A stretch of DNA of 63,991 nucleotides, counting the filler, from Streblomastix strix (taxonomy: Eukaryota): NCBI GenBank assembly GCA_008636045.1. It is 3 parts of 3 records of this genome, joined end to end, with 100 filler letters (N's around TTAATTAATTAA, not from the genome) between each part and the next. Parts side by side here need not be neighbours in the genome. Positions count along the whole stretch, not along the records: positions 1 to 22,209 come from SNRW01000333.1; positions 22,310 to 44,503 come from SNRW01000334.1; 1 more part is not named here. One strand, given 5' to 3'. Both the position numbers and the translations under genes were made by a program. Within the stretch, counting starts at the first letter, position 1. Every line of letters begins with the position of its first letter. Of the stretch, positions 17,850-31,855 are shown piece after piece. The notes below the pieces were generated by a model that worked only from the letters and a program-made list of their open reading frames with translations, searched no databases and was not told the DNA's origin.

Positions 17850-18278
17850 AAATCGATCTCGTTCGCTTGCACGCCAGTCATCGCCTCTAAAACTTTTGCC
17901 ATTACCATTTGCGTTCTCTCACTGACCGCCTGCCTCGGAGTTAGTTGTCGCTCGATGTCTTGCAACGTTGGCTGCAGCTCCGCCTAAAGAAACTTTCCGA
18001 TCTCGTCTCCTATCTCCGGTTGCTCAACTGCGGTCCCGACGGGTGTCTTTGTAGTGAACTTTGGTGCGTCGAAATTCACGAACAGTCCCGGCTCTGACGG
18101 TTCCGGTTTTATTGAATTCTTTGACATATTTAAAAAATGGCCAACTCATAGGTCGGATTCCTGTACATGAACCGACCGTATTGGAGCCACAATGGTATCT
18201 CAATAAAGAGGTGAGATAAGGAGAGAAGGGCGTAACCAATTATTATCCTCGTCTCCCTCGGAGACAGGTTAATAATTT
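17850..18278 (-). mobile_element. 5' remnant (left ITR plus gag start) of a third DIRS-like family
   Basis: GC-richer island; ORF from ATG 18127 (MSKNSIKPEP...QMVMAKVLEAMTGVQANEID) loosely parallels the gag at 38064; upstream CAATAAA(G)AGGT motif resembles the other DIRS termini. Confidence 0.5.
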
Positions 18279-18337
18279 TTATTCAAAATATTTTTAATTT
18301 TAATTTTAAAAGTCTTCCAATTTAAGATTCTATTTAA

Positions 18338-19963
18338 ATGCATACCAATAATATTTCTCGACTATCATATGATGACGAAGACTTTTCTTATGAATAAGGT
18401 AAGCTGAAATACTTTATTATTTTCATGCCTTTTTTATGTATCGAATTAGTTGAAATAAAGAGTAAAAATTCTGAACTGACAATAATTGATTAAAGATTTG
18501 AATCCGATTAATTATCTGATTATGAAAAGATTTAGAAGATAAATGAATTACTAAACAAATATTAGAATGAAAACAAATCTTAAATGAAATACTTATTTGA
18601 TTATGAAACTTTTATTTCAATATTGAATAAATTATAATCATTATCAACTCCATTAGAATTAGCATTACTAAACATAATAGAAATTATTGCCAAATGCATT
18701 TCGCCATTTTATTCTGATATAGGAAATTAAGAACCAACCAAAAAATATGAATCATTATTTAAATCAAAAATCATTGAAGAAGAAAAAAGAAATTAAAACG
18801 GAGATAATTCATATTCTCTATTGATTGAATAACTTTTAAGGATTTATTTTTATATAATGAAACATAATAAAATTAATGAAAATTTGATTGTTTTATTCAC
18901 AATAATCATCATTAGAAATATTTCTTCACTAATTAAACAAATATAAATATAAGATAATTAAGAATCTATGATATTGAATAATGATAAATCAAATATTGAT
19001 GTTGAGATTAAAATATAATCAATGATTAAAACATTATCAGCATTTGAAGGATCACAACTTAAAAATGATGAATGTCTCATCAATTCAATCAAATTTCATG
19101 TAATAATTTCATCAATAATCCATCTTAATTGTTCTGAGCAATTCTAATGTCCAACCAGAATAAAAGTAATTTGTTCTCCAACATTAATATTATAACTATA
19201 AAAACCTGCCTATAAGATTCTTCTTAACTTTTATACCCATCGACTTGATGATGAATATCTTTTTAATGAATAGCGTGCCTTTCAATATTTCATTTCAATA
19301 TTCATCTCTTTTAATGAAACCAATTCATTTAATCATTAATTAGTATTTTCTGATTAACAATAATATTAAAATTCATTACTGAAATTAAATAAAGCTACTG
19401 TTTATTTTCTATTCAATATTCTTATTGGATATAAACCTAGTAATTAATCAATTCTTCATAACTAAGTTTTCATCAATTCACTTATCAAAATGAATAATTA
19501 TTAATTAAATGAATATATTAATGAGTAAACCACAAAATATTCAAATAAAATCAAATAATTTATTTAATCTTCTCTAAATTCAATCCAAGACTATGGAGAT
19601 GAATATACATAATAATTACTCTGCTAAGTAGGATATGCAATATCATTAGCTATGAATCTTGGATCAGCTGGAGGATATTATTTACTGAATGAATAATCAA
19701 TATAATAATAGTTATCTAATTTAACTGTATTTCTAATTGTTGTATTTGAAGGAAATAAATATGGTGATGGAAAAGATTAACCAAAGTTAAAACAACAATT
19801 GCATCTTTTCAAAGAAATTGAAGAACAATTGGAAGATTTTGGATTAATTGAAGAAATCGAATCGAAATATCAAACCGAATTATTTCAAGAAGATAAAGCT
19901 GAATGGGATTACTTTGCTAAAGAATCATTATTGAATGTATATTTAGATATCTCAAATGATTGA
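18338..19963 (+). CDS. Expanded uncharacterised family protein
   Basis: ATG 18338, one intron, IHLNCSEQFQCP, LGSAGG, EEQLEDFGLIEEIES, TGA 19961-19963. Confidence 0.75.
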
Positions 19964-20177
19964 ATAATTTAGATACTTTTTATATTAAATTATTTCTCAT
20001 CTATTTATTTGTCTTAATTGTTATTAATTATTCAATAAATTTAAAATTAAGAGCGGTATTATTTTTTAGCTCAAAAAAATAGCTTATTAAAATATTTTGT
20101 TTAGCTATAAATTTTTTTATTGTTGAACTAATATTTGTGATGAAGTGTATCATAACCTGCGCTATTAGTTTGATGGA

Positions 20178-20815
20178 TCAATATATTAGTTCAATATGGT
20201 TTTATAAACATTTCTTACTTATTCTAATGATAATAACACACTAATAAGAACTTTTCCATTCAATTTTAAATATGATTCAATTTCTTCATTTCCTGCTTAT
20301 TCCTCAATTTATTCACATATTTCCTTCATCAAAATCGGTTGAGGGTATAATTTTTGCATATCCGGATATTATAAATTAAATTATCTTCCTTTTTGAACTG
20401 TAATAATATATTCAAATAAAGATTCATATATAAATTTATAATCTTATTTAGTTTAATTTGATCCTCCGACTTATGATATAGATTAAAGTAATGCTCCAAC
20501 AAGCCTAGAATTAAGAAGTTATTCATGCATATATTCATTTCCATAATATCTAATCCAAAGAAGACAGCTAAGACTCTGTTTTCTTATAAGTTATGCCAAT
20601 TAAGAATCATCCTTACCAATATTTTAGTTTAATTAATAATTAAGAAGTTTTATAAGAGTAGACATGTGAGGAAGTGTTGCTTTTAGACAATTTTTTTGTT
20701 ATTTTGCAAGAGAATTATAAAGTTTGTTCACGGCAATAAGGATTTCAGTTGGAGAAGAATTTTATTTTTTCTTTGAAAGTCTTTCAACAGCTTAAAATTT
20801 CTTTTTAACTGACAT
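20178..20815 (-). CDS. Short member of expanded uncharacterised family (C-terminal module)
   Basis: Open frame with TAR=Gln; ISQVGG and EQIEEQAGNEEIES motifs. Confidence 0.7.
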
Positions 20816-21243
20816 TTGTTTAATGTAATATCTATAAATGTTTAAATATAGAGTTAAATTAAGTTAAATAAAAATATATGACTGAAAAAAGTTGAAATTA
20901 TTAAATTAGAAAATTAGTTATAATTTCCTGATAAAATTAGAAAAAAAAATCAATATTAAAATTGATAATGATGCACTGAAGATAATTAAAAATAGCTACA
21001 TAAGAAGTTAATAAATATGAACTCTGGAGCGCAAATTCGATAATTAAATAAAGGGCTTGATTAGTTTATTTATTTCTTTATAACATATTACATATTTAGA
21101 ATCAAACTACAGGCGGCATTTAAATTAAAAATAACTCAGAGTTGTTGAAAAAAATAAAAAAAAAAATACTCTCTTATTTTAAGGATATGATAAAATAAAT
21201 AAATACTATAAATAAAACAATAACCAGATTAATGCGTCAATGT

Positions 21244-22209
21244 TCATAATCTGCCTTCACGACGTGCAACAACTCTCTCATAACACTCATGAAGATCATT
21301 CTAGTACATCTTAGCCACCATAAACCTCTTCAGTTTCAATGAAGGCGTAATACATTCATCTGGAAAAGCTTATAGCAATTTTGGCCTATTGGATGAATCA
21401 ATAATTTTTTTAGCTTAAATTGATCCCATCTAATCAGTCAAAAGTAAAATATCTGCAGCCAATTAGAACGAGGATAATCCACCCTGCGATTTGGCAACTT
21501 CATTCATCTCATATAGGATGAATTATTTAATCTCAGTTTCGTGTTTTGGAAGCAGATCAGACAAAGTTACTTCAATTTCATTATTTGTTGCTGATTTTTC
21601 TTTTTATTCAGAGTTTATTTATTTTTCTTGTCTGTTTAGTTCGTTTTTCTCCTTCCTGATTTCTTCAATCCAATGTTTCTTGTTTCCAATACTGAATTTT
21701 CTTTATGAGTCATTTTGTTGTGTTTCATTCATAATCTTATTCATAATTGTAGCTTCATTAGGAACAACAATTGCAATAGCGTATCTCCAACTACTCTCAC
21801 CATACATGTATGAATGCAATATGTATGGACATCGACCATACAACTATTCTACAACATCAGGGCTGTATTTATATTGAATAAAGTGAATAATAATAATAAA
21901 TATTATTTAATATAATTTAATATAATAAAAACATTCATTAAAATTAATTAAATCATACGCTACATATTCTCCTTATGCCAATTTGAAGATGTCTTTCACT
22001 CGATCAATAATCACCAAATTCCCATTTGAATCCATATATCCAACATCACCAGTTCTAAACCATCCCAAATTCTAATTATATCTTTTCTCCCTTTAAAATT
22101 TCTATTCTTCTGTTTCATCAGGTTATGGAATAGAATCATTCATATCACCATCATCAAAAGAATCTCTTGTTTGCCACCGATCACGATAATATCCATGAAA
22201 AACGGCTGG
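21244..22209 (-). CDS. Long-chain acyl-CoA synthetase, C-terminal part (contig edge)
   Basis: [45 protein letters not shown] 21244. Confidence 0.9.
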
Positions 22210-22309
22210 NNNNNNNNNNNNNNNNNNNNNNNNNNNNNNNNNNNNNNNNNNNNTTAATTAATTAANNNNNNNNNNNNNNNNNNNNNNNNNNNNNNNNNNN
22301 NNNNNNNNN
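22210..22309. other. Artificial contig-joining linker
   Basis: 100 nt of N around TTAATTAATTAA; genes on both sides are truncated. Confidence 0.95.
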
Positions 22310-23404
22310 CATAAAATTTTTCAGTTCCTTTCAAGCTGAATTTCTTTGCTTGAATTGCTGCTTGAATATAATTGTCTGTTGCAAGAGAAAGTCGAATCTA
22401 TTAAAAAATATCATAAAATTAAAAATGAATGAAAAATAATATAAAAAATTATTAAATATACAAATTTATTCTTTTTCATATAAATATATTAATTTATTTC
22501 TTATATAAATTCATAACCATATTATTTCTCTTTTCTTATACATATATACATATATAAATATATACATATATATTCAATTAATACCTGATCAATAATTAAA
22601 GCAGCTCTTGTTCTCCTTGTCAGTGTAGCGGCAGTTTCAACCTGAATTTCAAACAAGATTTCTGCGGCTTCTTCCAATTGACCAACTTTCTCCTTCATTG
22701 AACTCAATTTCTTCGTTAGATTGATGTTAGTTGCTTCATATTCAGTCTGAATATTAATAATTATATGAATAATAAATATAAATATAAATATAAATTATAT
22801 TATATTAATATATAAATAATTAAAATATTATTATTATTATAATTTAATATAATTATTAATTTAATATAATTTAACTTAATAAAGTACAATACATTTCCAT
22901 TTGTCAATCTACGCAATGTTTATAGCAAATTTCCTTTCTCTTCAATATTTTCAATTTCATCAGTCTTTTCACAGCAAAATGAAAAAAGTGCTTTTAATGC
23001 CTAAATACAAAATATAAATTAGTAATTATTGATTAAATAATATTATAATAAAGTAACTAATATATGTATATATAAATGCATACAATAATAATGGGACCTC
23101 TCACTTTCGTCAATTCTTCAAGTTTTGTTCCTAATTCTGAATATTTTTTGGCTTCAAAATGAAATTTCGCGATTGTTATCAATATTTCAGTCTCTGCGTC
23201 TGCATCTTATTTCTAAACCATCAAATAAAGTGAAATAAAGCGAAATATAAATAAAATAAAATTAATAAGAAATACTTTTCGGAAGATTTTCTCGGCTTAA
23301 ATTAAATGTGCGATTGCTTAATTCAGTCCTTCGCTGTACAAAAGCTCCCTTGCTCGTTCAATTGACTTTTCAAAACTTTGAGTGGTTACTACCTCCACTT
23401 CCAT
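22310..23404 (-). CDS. RPN5: 26S proteasome lid subunit Rpn5/PSMD12, N-terminal part; multi-intron
   Basis: KEKVGQLEEAAEILFEIQVET...IIDQIRLSLATDNYIQAAIQAKK matches the Rpn5 EAA..L.ELQVET...EQMRL...DY......KKI pattern. Start codon tentative. Confidence 0.8.
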
Positions 23405-23974
23405 CTACAATAAAATTAAAATAATAAATAATATTATACAGTGAATGTAAAAAAATGTTTGAAAAAAAGGAAATTGAATTTTTAGAAAGTTAATGTTGTT
23501 TAGAACAATTATAAATAATATAAATTTATAGACAATAATATATATAAGTGTATGAAATGTATAATAATTAATGAATTTAAAGAGATACATTTGGGGTAAC
23601 TGACTTCTTCAGATGTTTTTTAATATTTTTCTCCGATGTTGATTTGCGATTTATTGAATTAAAATTATTTATTTTATAGAGCAAATAAGATTTAAATTAT
23701 AGTAATATAGGAAATTATTAAAAATAATCAGAATGAAATCTTCAGATAAGGTAAGAAAATCTAAAAAACGTTTTAGGTATCATCTAAGAAATTTAATAAG
23801 TTGATAATTATATAATGCAATAATAATAACGACGTAATACCAATTATTCATGAAAAATAAAGTTCCAAGCTAAGAACCACATAAAAAACAAGAGAAAAGA
23901 TTTGGGTTGGAAATTAGTACTGGCAATAATTTAGTATTTGTTATTGTTTTAAATATAGTAAAAATAAATATAAT

Positions 23975-24965
23975 TTGGGGATGCCAACCCAACCACCCAG
24001 AGCCCGACCTACCCACCCAGCCAAGAAAAAACGACCCAAAATAAAAAAATTAAAAAAAAATATCAAATTTTTTAATGGTTCAGATTTGATTAATAATATA
24101 TAAAATATATTTTAATATTTATATATAATATGTTTGTATACATTTAAATAATAAATATAGTTTCAATAAAAAAGTTTTTTTTTTCTAAAAATTAGGACGG
24201 GTCGTCATGGGTAAACTCTTTTTCGCGCCTAGTTAATTGTATTATTGAGTATATTTATTATAATTATGTGTAGTTATATCAATGTCATATTTCAGTCTTA
24301 ATCAATTTATGTATTATTATCTAACAAGCGCGCAATTCTTGTTACAATCCAAATTTGGCTTTAAAAAAAACGACCCGACCCAACCCAACCCGACCCGACC
24401 CGACCCGACCCGACCCAGTCTGGGTCATTCCAAGCAAGAGTAATTGCCACTGTTCTTCTAAAAAATTAATTTTAATACATTTTATAAATGCATATTTTAC
24501 TCAAATATGAATTCAAATAAGCCTCTATTAGCACTTTGGGTAAAATTTTACTCTCAGCAGTGTGTCCCTCAGCTAGTATCCTTATCTTTAATTTTTATTT
24601 TATTTTTTAAATTTATATGTTTATTAACTTATTTGAATAAATTTCAATTGCCATTATGATACTGTTTGTATCAAACAAATTTATTTTTATTATTTGCCAA
24701 TTCTTTTATGTATCGCTAGTTTTTTTTAATAAAAGGCATATTTAATAATTTAATATATTTACTTTATTATTAAATAACAACATATATACATATAATTCTA
24801 ATTATTTGTTGATGTAATTTAGATTTTATTATTTTTTTTTCTTTTTTCAATTTTTTCAGCATAAAGTAAAACGCTATTTTTGCAATATCATATATTTATT
24901 CTTACCCACAGAACTCCGACCGACCCACCCAGCATAAACCCTCTGGGTCAGTTTGGCATCCCCAA
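23975..24965. mobile_element. Non-autonomous hAT-like element with 13-bp TIRs and 8-bp TSD
   Basis: TTGGGGATGCCAA (23975) / TTGGCATCCCCAA (24953-24965); AATATAAT directly flanks both ends; internal GACCC/AACCC arrays; no transposase. Confidence 0.85.
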
Positions 24966-25709
24966 AATATAATATCTCACTCATATTCTCTACAATATAT
25001 TATTAATAAGACTATTTTTTTTTCTAATTGTGAATAATTAAAACTATTTTATGGAATAGAATTACATCGCTTGATTAAATTAATAGATTAATATTGTAGA
25101 TAATTTACTTAAAATTTCCATCATAAGTGAATCAATAAACATATTTAACCAATAAAAATAAATAATCATATTATAATATTCTAATATAGTGTGTTTATTA
25201 TCCAATTATAAACTTTATCAAAATAATAATTTGCATTTCCTGTCTCTTTTCAACCATATGCATAAAATCAATACAACCTCATATAAACATGTGAAGCAAA
25301 CCGATCATATGAATGTAATAACTTTATTATCTTTCTTATTTCTATATTTCTAATTTCATTATTCAACAATCATTAACCTTAATTCTAATCTTATTCCTTC
25401 TTGTTCTCATCAATCTACAAATCCCAAAGATCCTATTCATCAACTGTTTTCTTATTCTCTTCACTTTTACAATCTTCTTTCTTCTATCACAACTACTTTA
25501 CTTATCTTATCTTCAAGCTCCTTCAATCTTAACACAGATAACATCAAACCCAGAGACTTCATGTATTTGTTGTTCAACTGGTTGTTGTTGTTGTTAGGAT
25601 GAAGCTCCTTCACTACTACCTTATATAACTGCATCATGTGTCTGTCGTGTAGTTTGTCCGTATTGGGAAGTCGTCACACCTATTTTTGTCTGAGCCGATT
25701 TCTTCATAG

Positions 25710-25950
25710 TTCAGATCGTAGCTTTGTTGAGTCTCTGAAGTTTCTGTTGTTGAAGCTGAATCACTTCTTCATCTGGAACAATCCACCTTAGAATTTCTTT
25801 TAATAACATTTCTTCACCTTTCGTACGACTCACCAATTTATTCTCCAGTAATTTCGATGCAGAAGGCCTTTTCTTAGGATCAGTTTGAACATTATTATAC
25901 GAAGTCTTTGAAAGAGTTTGAAAATTGTTTTGAATTTGAGATCAGCTTCG
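25710..25950 (-). pseudogene. Frameshifted kinase C-lobe fragment (STE20-like)
   Basis: FSNSFKDFVQQC / QTDPKKRPSASKLLENKLV is split across two frames; no other kinase subdomains seen. Confidence 0.5.
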
Positions 25951-26604
25951 ACTGGATGTGCTTCTACACACTCACTTTGGCCCAAGACGTACGGCTCTGT
26001 CCATCTTCAGCTACATGGTCATCATTATCAACATCATTCAATTCACTCAGCAAATTCTATGCTGAAGTCGGTTTAGGTTTCGCTTAAATAGCTTATTTCT
26101 TAGTAGTTATCTATTTCTTCTGCTTTTTCGTAGGTCAGCGGTAACTTCACTGGCTGAAGCTACATATCCTAATATAACTTAAAAAGTTATAAAAAAGTTT
26201 AATAAAATAAAATAAAAAGTTTTTCAATCGATATAATACTTAATTAAGGATAGAAAGTATGTTTTTTTATAGAATTATTTCCTTTTACTATTGTAGCTGT
26301 ATGAGATAATATATTGCATAAATAATTTATTTATTAAAGTTATTTTATTTTTTCACATATTTAAATATATAACATCTAGAATATTAGTTAACATTCGAAG
26401 TTGAGTAATAGAATCAATTTTATTTAGATTTTTTCTCATTAAATGAATAGAATAATGTCAAAATTTTACAATAATCATAATATTTTTAATTTTATGTACA
26501 AAATAAAATAATTATTTCAATATTTAACTCCTTAACTTATGAAAAGGATTTCAATTTTGAAAAAATAAAACTTTTTCAACAGCAGCGTAAATTTCGTTTT
26601 GCTA

Positions 26605-28053
26605 TCAACGTTCATCCATTCCCGACGTATAATCATACATATTGTCATTTACTCGGCATTCCACATCACCTTCACGTAGAATTCCTATTGGTTTGTTCAG
26701 TTTGCAGAGCTATTAAACACAGAACGAATCATATTCCATAATCAATGTTGCCTATTAATTATAACAATATATAAATAGTAAATCTTTTAAAATAAATTCT
26801 TAAATGAAGCATACAAAAAAGCGAATGCGCGCTGGAAAGTTAGTAACATATCTGGCAATCTACCGACCTTCAACAAAGAACCTCAAAGTGCGAGGAACTA
26901 CGTTCATGTTCACTTCCATTGCAATATGCGAACCTCTTTCGAATTTATCCTTGTTATCAGTTGCATCATTCCAATGTCCGTTGATCCTGAGCGTTCCACT
27001 GTATTAAGAATATGTTAAATAATCTAATAGATATGAATTAATAGTTAATATATACTTAGATTCATATGAAATTCCTCCTTTGTTTTTTCCTGCTAAAAAC
27101 AAGGTTGATTCGGTCATTGGTAAATCTGCATCAACAATTCCAACTCCTGAAATATGGAAGCAAATAACGTATTATTGATATTAATAATAATGTAATGTTA
27201 TTAATATTAATATTATAAATAATATTATATATGAAGCACACGAAAGCTCAGAAAATTTGGTTCGGGCATCATAGCATTACTGAAGATCATCTCACAGTAG
27301 ACAATCCCAGCTTCATCAGTGAATTATGGAATTAATAAATCTTTCTTAACCACCATTTTGTTTATTTTTTCGAGCGTCATTGGTCTGATTGGTGCACCAG
27401 GAACAGTTATAATTGGATCGAATGGACATATCCTCCAGTTGCTAGTGCGCGCTTTCACAATGTTGCTGTTTCCTAAACGTTATAATCTATTATCTTTCAG
27501 GAAAATTGGTCTAAAATGATCAATGAGTGATATTGCATCGGGTGGAATTGGTAATTAATCTTGTTGTAAAATAATAATTATCAAGAGATGTATAATATTT
27601 AATATATAGATATGCATAAAAAATATAATAAATAATACGTTTATTCAGGAGTTATAACGATCTATCTAATAATCCTTTCATTTCAGCATCATTATCATAC
27701 TCCTGAATGTCGTGCAAGATTGTCTATAAATTCGTAAGTTCATTTATTTCCAAACAAACTCCTTCATCTAAAGAAAATAATTATGATTAAAGATAAAGAA
27801 TTAACTATAAAATTAATGATAAATACTTTATTCCATATGTTAAATCAGTTTTCTGAGAGCAGCTTTTTCTTCAGGACCTTATTTGCTTTATACATCTTAA
27901 ACAAGTCCTCTTATCTCCGAAAACTATATATATAATTAGATAATGTGAGATTAAACATTATTTATTGGATTAAACCTCGAATTCATCGAGTACTACTGAT
28001 TTTCCAGGCGTTACAGTGGTCATATTGACCAAAGAAATGAAACGATCTGACAT
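26605..28053 (-). CDS. Protein with C-terminal SPRY/B30.2-like domain; multi-intron
   Basis: ATG 28053; GVGIVDAD...IAMEVNMNVVPRTLRFFVEGRQ...PARIRFF; TGA 26605. Confidence 0.7.
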
Positions 28054-28237
28054 GAATATTGCTCTAAAATAATAAAATTATTGTAAAAAAATTAAAAAAT
28101 GAAATTTTTAAGTAGAATTTATTATGGTTTAATGCAAAAATGAGTTTGAAAGAATAAAAGCATAAATTTAAAGATAAAAATGTTAACAATCAATATTTCT
28201 TTTATTTGAAAATTCATTAAATTTCGTTTTTATAGAT

Positions 28238-30035
28238 ATGCCAATTATTTGCCCAATTAGCGTATAAATTGTTCTAATTTTGGGAATAATAAAGTAATTA
28301 AGCTAATTATTTTATTAAATAAATCAAATATGAAATTATTAATATGTATAGGTGTTGGAGAGCAAAATAAAAAAATATTTATGATAATTAAATAATTTTA
28401 CATTTGTTATAGCTTCTCCATATGAATATAACCAGAAATAATAAATATGTAGATGAATTTGTAGATTTATGACCAATTGATGAAAAGAAGAGAATTTAAT
28501 AAAAAAATTGGATATTAAATGTTAAGGCACTCAAAAATACTTAAATATAAAATAAAATAAAATTATAAATTGATTACAGTTTAATATTTTTGCAGATAAA
28601 TTTGCCTTTTTAAATCTATTTAAATTAAATCTCGAAATTTCGAACGAAAGCAAAAGAAAAGTTTTTTAAAGAGCAATTTTTATAAGCATAATAAACTTCT
28701 AAATTATTTGCACACCCAAAGATTGTATTCAAATCTGCAGTTAGAGGTATTTTCTTTTTTTTTTTAATTATGATTTATAAGAGCCATTCACGTTTATTTT
28801 TGACAAATTAATCCGACATCTGCACGTGTATGAATATATGATATAATAATTCCTACTTATTATAGGTATATTCAAAATGTATTTACGTTAATATTCATTT
28901 TTATTATTTTAGTTCCGAAACATAAGCTGTCTTGTGGGCATTACCTTTCAAGATACCTGCTTGGTAATATTAACTATGAAACCTTGCTTTGCTATTGGTT
29001 ACATATGGGAACGGACATAAGACCGAGACACATGAAGGCGCGATGATTCTAAATGTTTTGTGAAAGTGAGAATCAGAACAGTGACTCTAACCGCCAAAAG
29101 ATTCATATGCATTTCGAGCATACGTTTGTTTATTTGCCAAATGCGAACCTGAAGACAGAAGTGAGCGCGATGACCAAATTTCTGCTGTTCAAGATTGCGC
29201 AATGAAAAATCTCTTATGCTACTTCTGAGTGTTAATCTCAATTGATCTACTTCTTAGCCGATGTGAGTACCGATTTTGTAACAAGCAGGTGCAGAGAGTG
29301 ATTGTAGTAGATTCGGAGTCTAAATAACTGATTTACAGGCATTATTATACTTGATTTGATTAGATTTCTAGAGAATTGAAGATAAGAAGTAACTTCAATA
29401 ATCGAAAGAGATGATTCTGAATATTATTATTTAATAATCAGATCTTGAATCAACCCTTTCTATTACTGATATTACTTCTTCTCTTACATTCCATTATTAT
29501 CTTATCAATGGTAATGCTTGTGTAATTAAGAGATTTAAACTCAAAATTTATTTTGATCATTCACAAAGCTAACTAGTTTCAAATCCAGTGTTCATTAAAA
29601 TTAAGAATATGACTAATAAAGATTATAAAATGGAAGTAATGTTTGAATATGCCATCTGTAAATAAAATATGTATAAATATCATTGATATTTGAATTGTTT
29701 CTGTTTGAGTTTATTGATAAAAATTTAAAATTAAGAAAAATCAATCAAAAAATGGTGAAATTGAATCTAAGCAAACTCTCAATCATTATTATCTATGCTC
29801 TCAAGCTTTGATCCAAGCATGCTTAATTAATATAAACACATTCATATTCATACTTATTTTAAAATTTTTCTTTATATTTATTTTAAAACAATTTCCCAAT
29901 AGATGACCCACAAGCAAACATTGAAACTTCGCAGTTGTTCTAAATAGATAAAGAGCTTTATGACAAGACAATTCGCAAATGGAAGCAGTTATATGCCATT
30001 GAAAATAAAGAAGACCAATGAGTTGTATCTCATGA
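28238..30035 (+). CDS. Hypothetical protein with E2 (UBC)-like C-terminal helix; multi-intron
   Basis: Last exon DDPQANIETSQLFQIDKELYDKTIRKWKQLYA resembles the E2 C-terminus. Internal exon structure not fully resolved. Confidence 0.5.
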
Positions 30036-30374
30036 GCTGGAAATACAGTTATTATGATAGTTTTGGAAAACAAAGAAAAAAAAATACTTCAAATCACCTA
30101 CTGAAATTTTAATAAACTCTGTTTATTAATATTGTTTGGGTATATTAAAAAAAATGATTGTTTTATTGCTTAAGTGCATTCATCTTAAGAATGGTGTGAA
30201 TAATAAAGTTTCCAATATATAAATTGATTTGCTTTAAGCTCTGATTTTATCTAATCCTATTTCCAATATTTCTTTCCATTTCAAAACTATTTAACTCTTT
30301 TTATCCATTTCAATATTATTTAACTCTTTTTATCCATTTCGATATTTCTCTCTTATTCATATTTCCCATTTCTT

Positions 30375-31812
30375 TCACGAATTATCTTCAATCTCATCAC
30401 CATCAATTGGACACAGAAATCCACGGCCTCTCCAACTTAAAGCGCAGTGATCATGGAAATGGTGTCCACATTTCTTTGCACATTTGTTTGACTCTGCCAT
30501 AAACACTTTAAAGTGGCAAATTAAGCAGAAACTTACATATGAATTACTGCTGTACTCATCTTGGACTAATTTCTTGGTGTGAATGATCAGTTTCGTGAAT
30601 TCAGCCATCCCAGCTTTTTATTGATCATATGTGTGATAATAATCTCCTGTTTTTGTCCAAGGTAGCTTTGTAACAGCACTACTGCCAGTCTTCTGAAAAT
30701 CAATCTTCCAGAGGCAATTGTTGAACCCTGGTTTTACTGGGTTGATTGGCCAGCTGCAAATTGGGCACTTAGCGTCACACTTATCAAAGTTGAAGTCTCC
30801 AAATCCTGCGCTGTGGATAACCATCTGCCCTTTTGCCTTGCATCGATTATTGGTGCAAATTCCTTCAACTGCAAGACCTAGTATAAATGAAGATAAATTT
30901 TGAACTAAATTTATAGTAATTATTATTTATATTTCTATTTTTAATTTTATTATAGTTTGTTATACCAGGTCCAGCAATCCTCCATTCTGGTGCTACTTTT
31001 GACCATTAACTCTTCACAAGTGTATTAGTCTTTTCAACATCAACAAAATGCAATGGTAATTCTCCTCCTGCACTAAGACGCGCTATCAAATGAATTGTCG
31101 CCTCGTTTTATATATTATAATCTTATAAGTATTTGTCATCATCCAATTCCCTACCTGCATATACCAATCTTTGCTGATCAATTGGAACAAAGAGTTCTTC
31201 TTAGACCATACTTTTCACAGATAAAATAGTATCGTCTTGTTTTACAAACATTTACAAAGTTCTACTTTGAAGAGTTTTGATAAAAATCTAAATACATCCT
31301 CTGGTATTCTTCCGTTTTTAGAATTTTTCTTTGAAGAGATATAAACAATCTCCTGGATAAATTTCCCATTATTTTAGTGTTTTGTCATCATCAATTTCAT
31401 AACCCGATCCCATTCTTAAATACGCCCCATCAATTTTAACTGCAAATAATTAGCAAGCTTTCCTTTTCAGATCTGAAACCTTGTCCTATTTATGGAATGG
31501 AATTTCAACACTTTTCCCTTCTTTACGCAATATAACTGTTATATTGGTTTTAATTTCACAGCTGAGTCCTGTACTGTAATACCCAGTGATTGTTTAAACA
31601 AGCTTATCTTTCCCATCACCTTCTACTTCAGATTGGTCAACTTTCAGTTCAATCTTTTCACCAGAATCTGTAATGAAAGAAAACTTTGCTGTAGGTTTTT
31701 TCGTGAATTGCAATACTTTTCGAGCAACATCAGCCATTGTTGTATGTTCATTCACTTCATTAATCATCAAATCTTAGCCTGCGCTTTCACCAACAAAATT
31801 TATTTGTAGCAT
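30375..31812 (-). CDS. Ubiquitin-like domains + Cys-rich domain + RING-H2-like finger
   Basis: IQIFIKTL...QQRLVYAGRELDD...TIHLIARLSAGG; APEWRIAGPGLAVEGICTNNRCKA...CPIC; CLIC...CGHHFHDHC...CPID; one intron about 30879-30965. Confidence 0.8.
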
Positions 31813-31855
31813 TGATCTGGAGTAGAAAATTTTAAAGCAAAATGAAAAAATAATT

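Noticed and set aside
17850..18278. Missing 5' end of the 12631-16230 DIRS
   Set aside because: It does not match the left-end sequence predicted by that element's ICR (13140-13190), so it is treated as a separate family.
22254..22265. TTAATTAATTAA palindrome as a biological site
   Set aside because: Embedded in N runs and repeated identically in the second gap; assembly linker.
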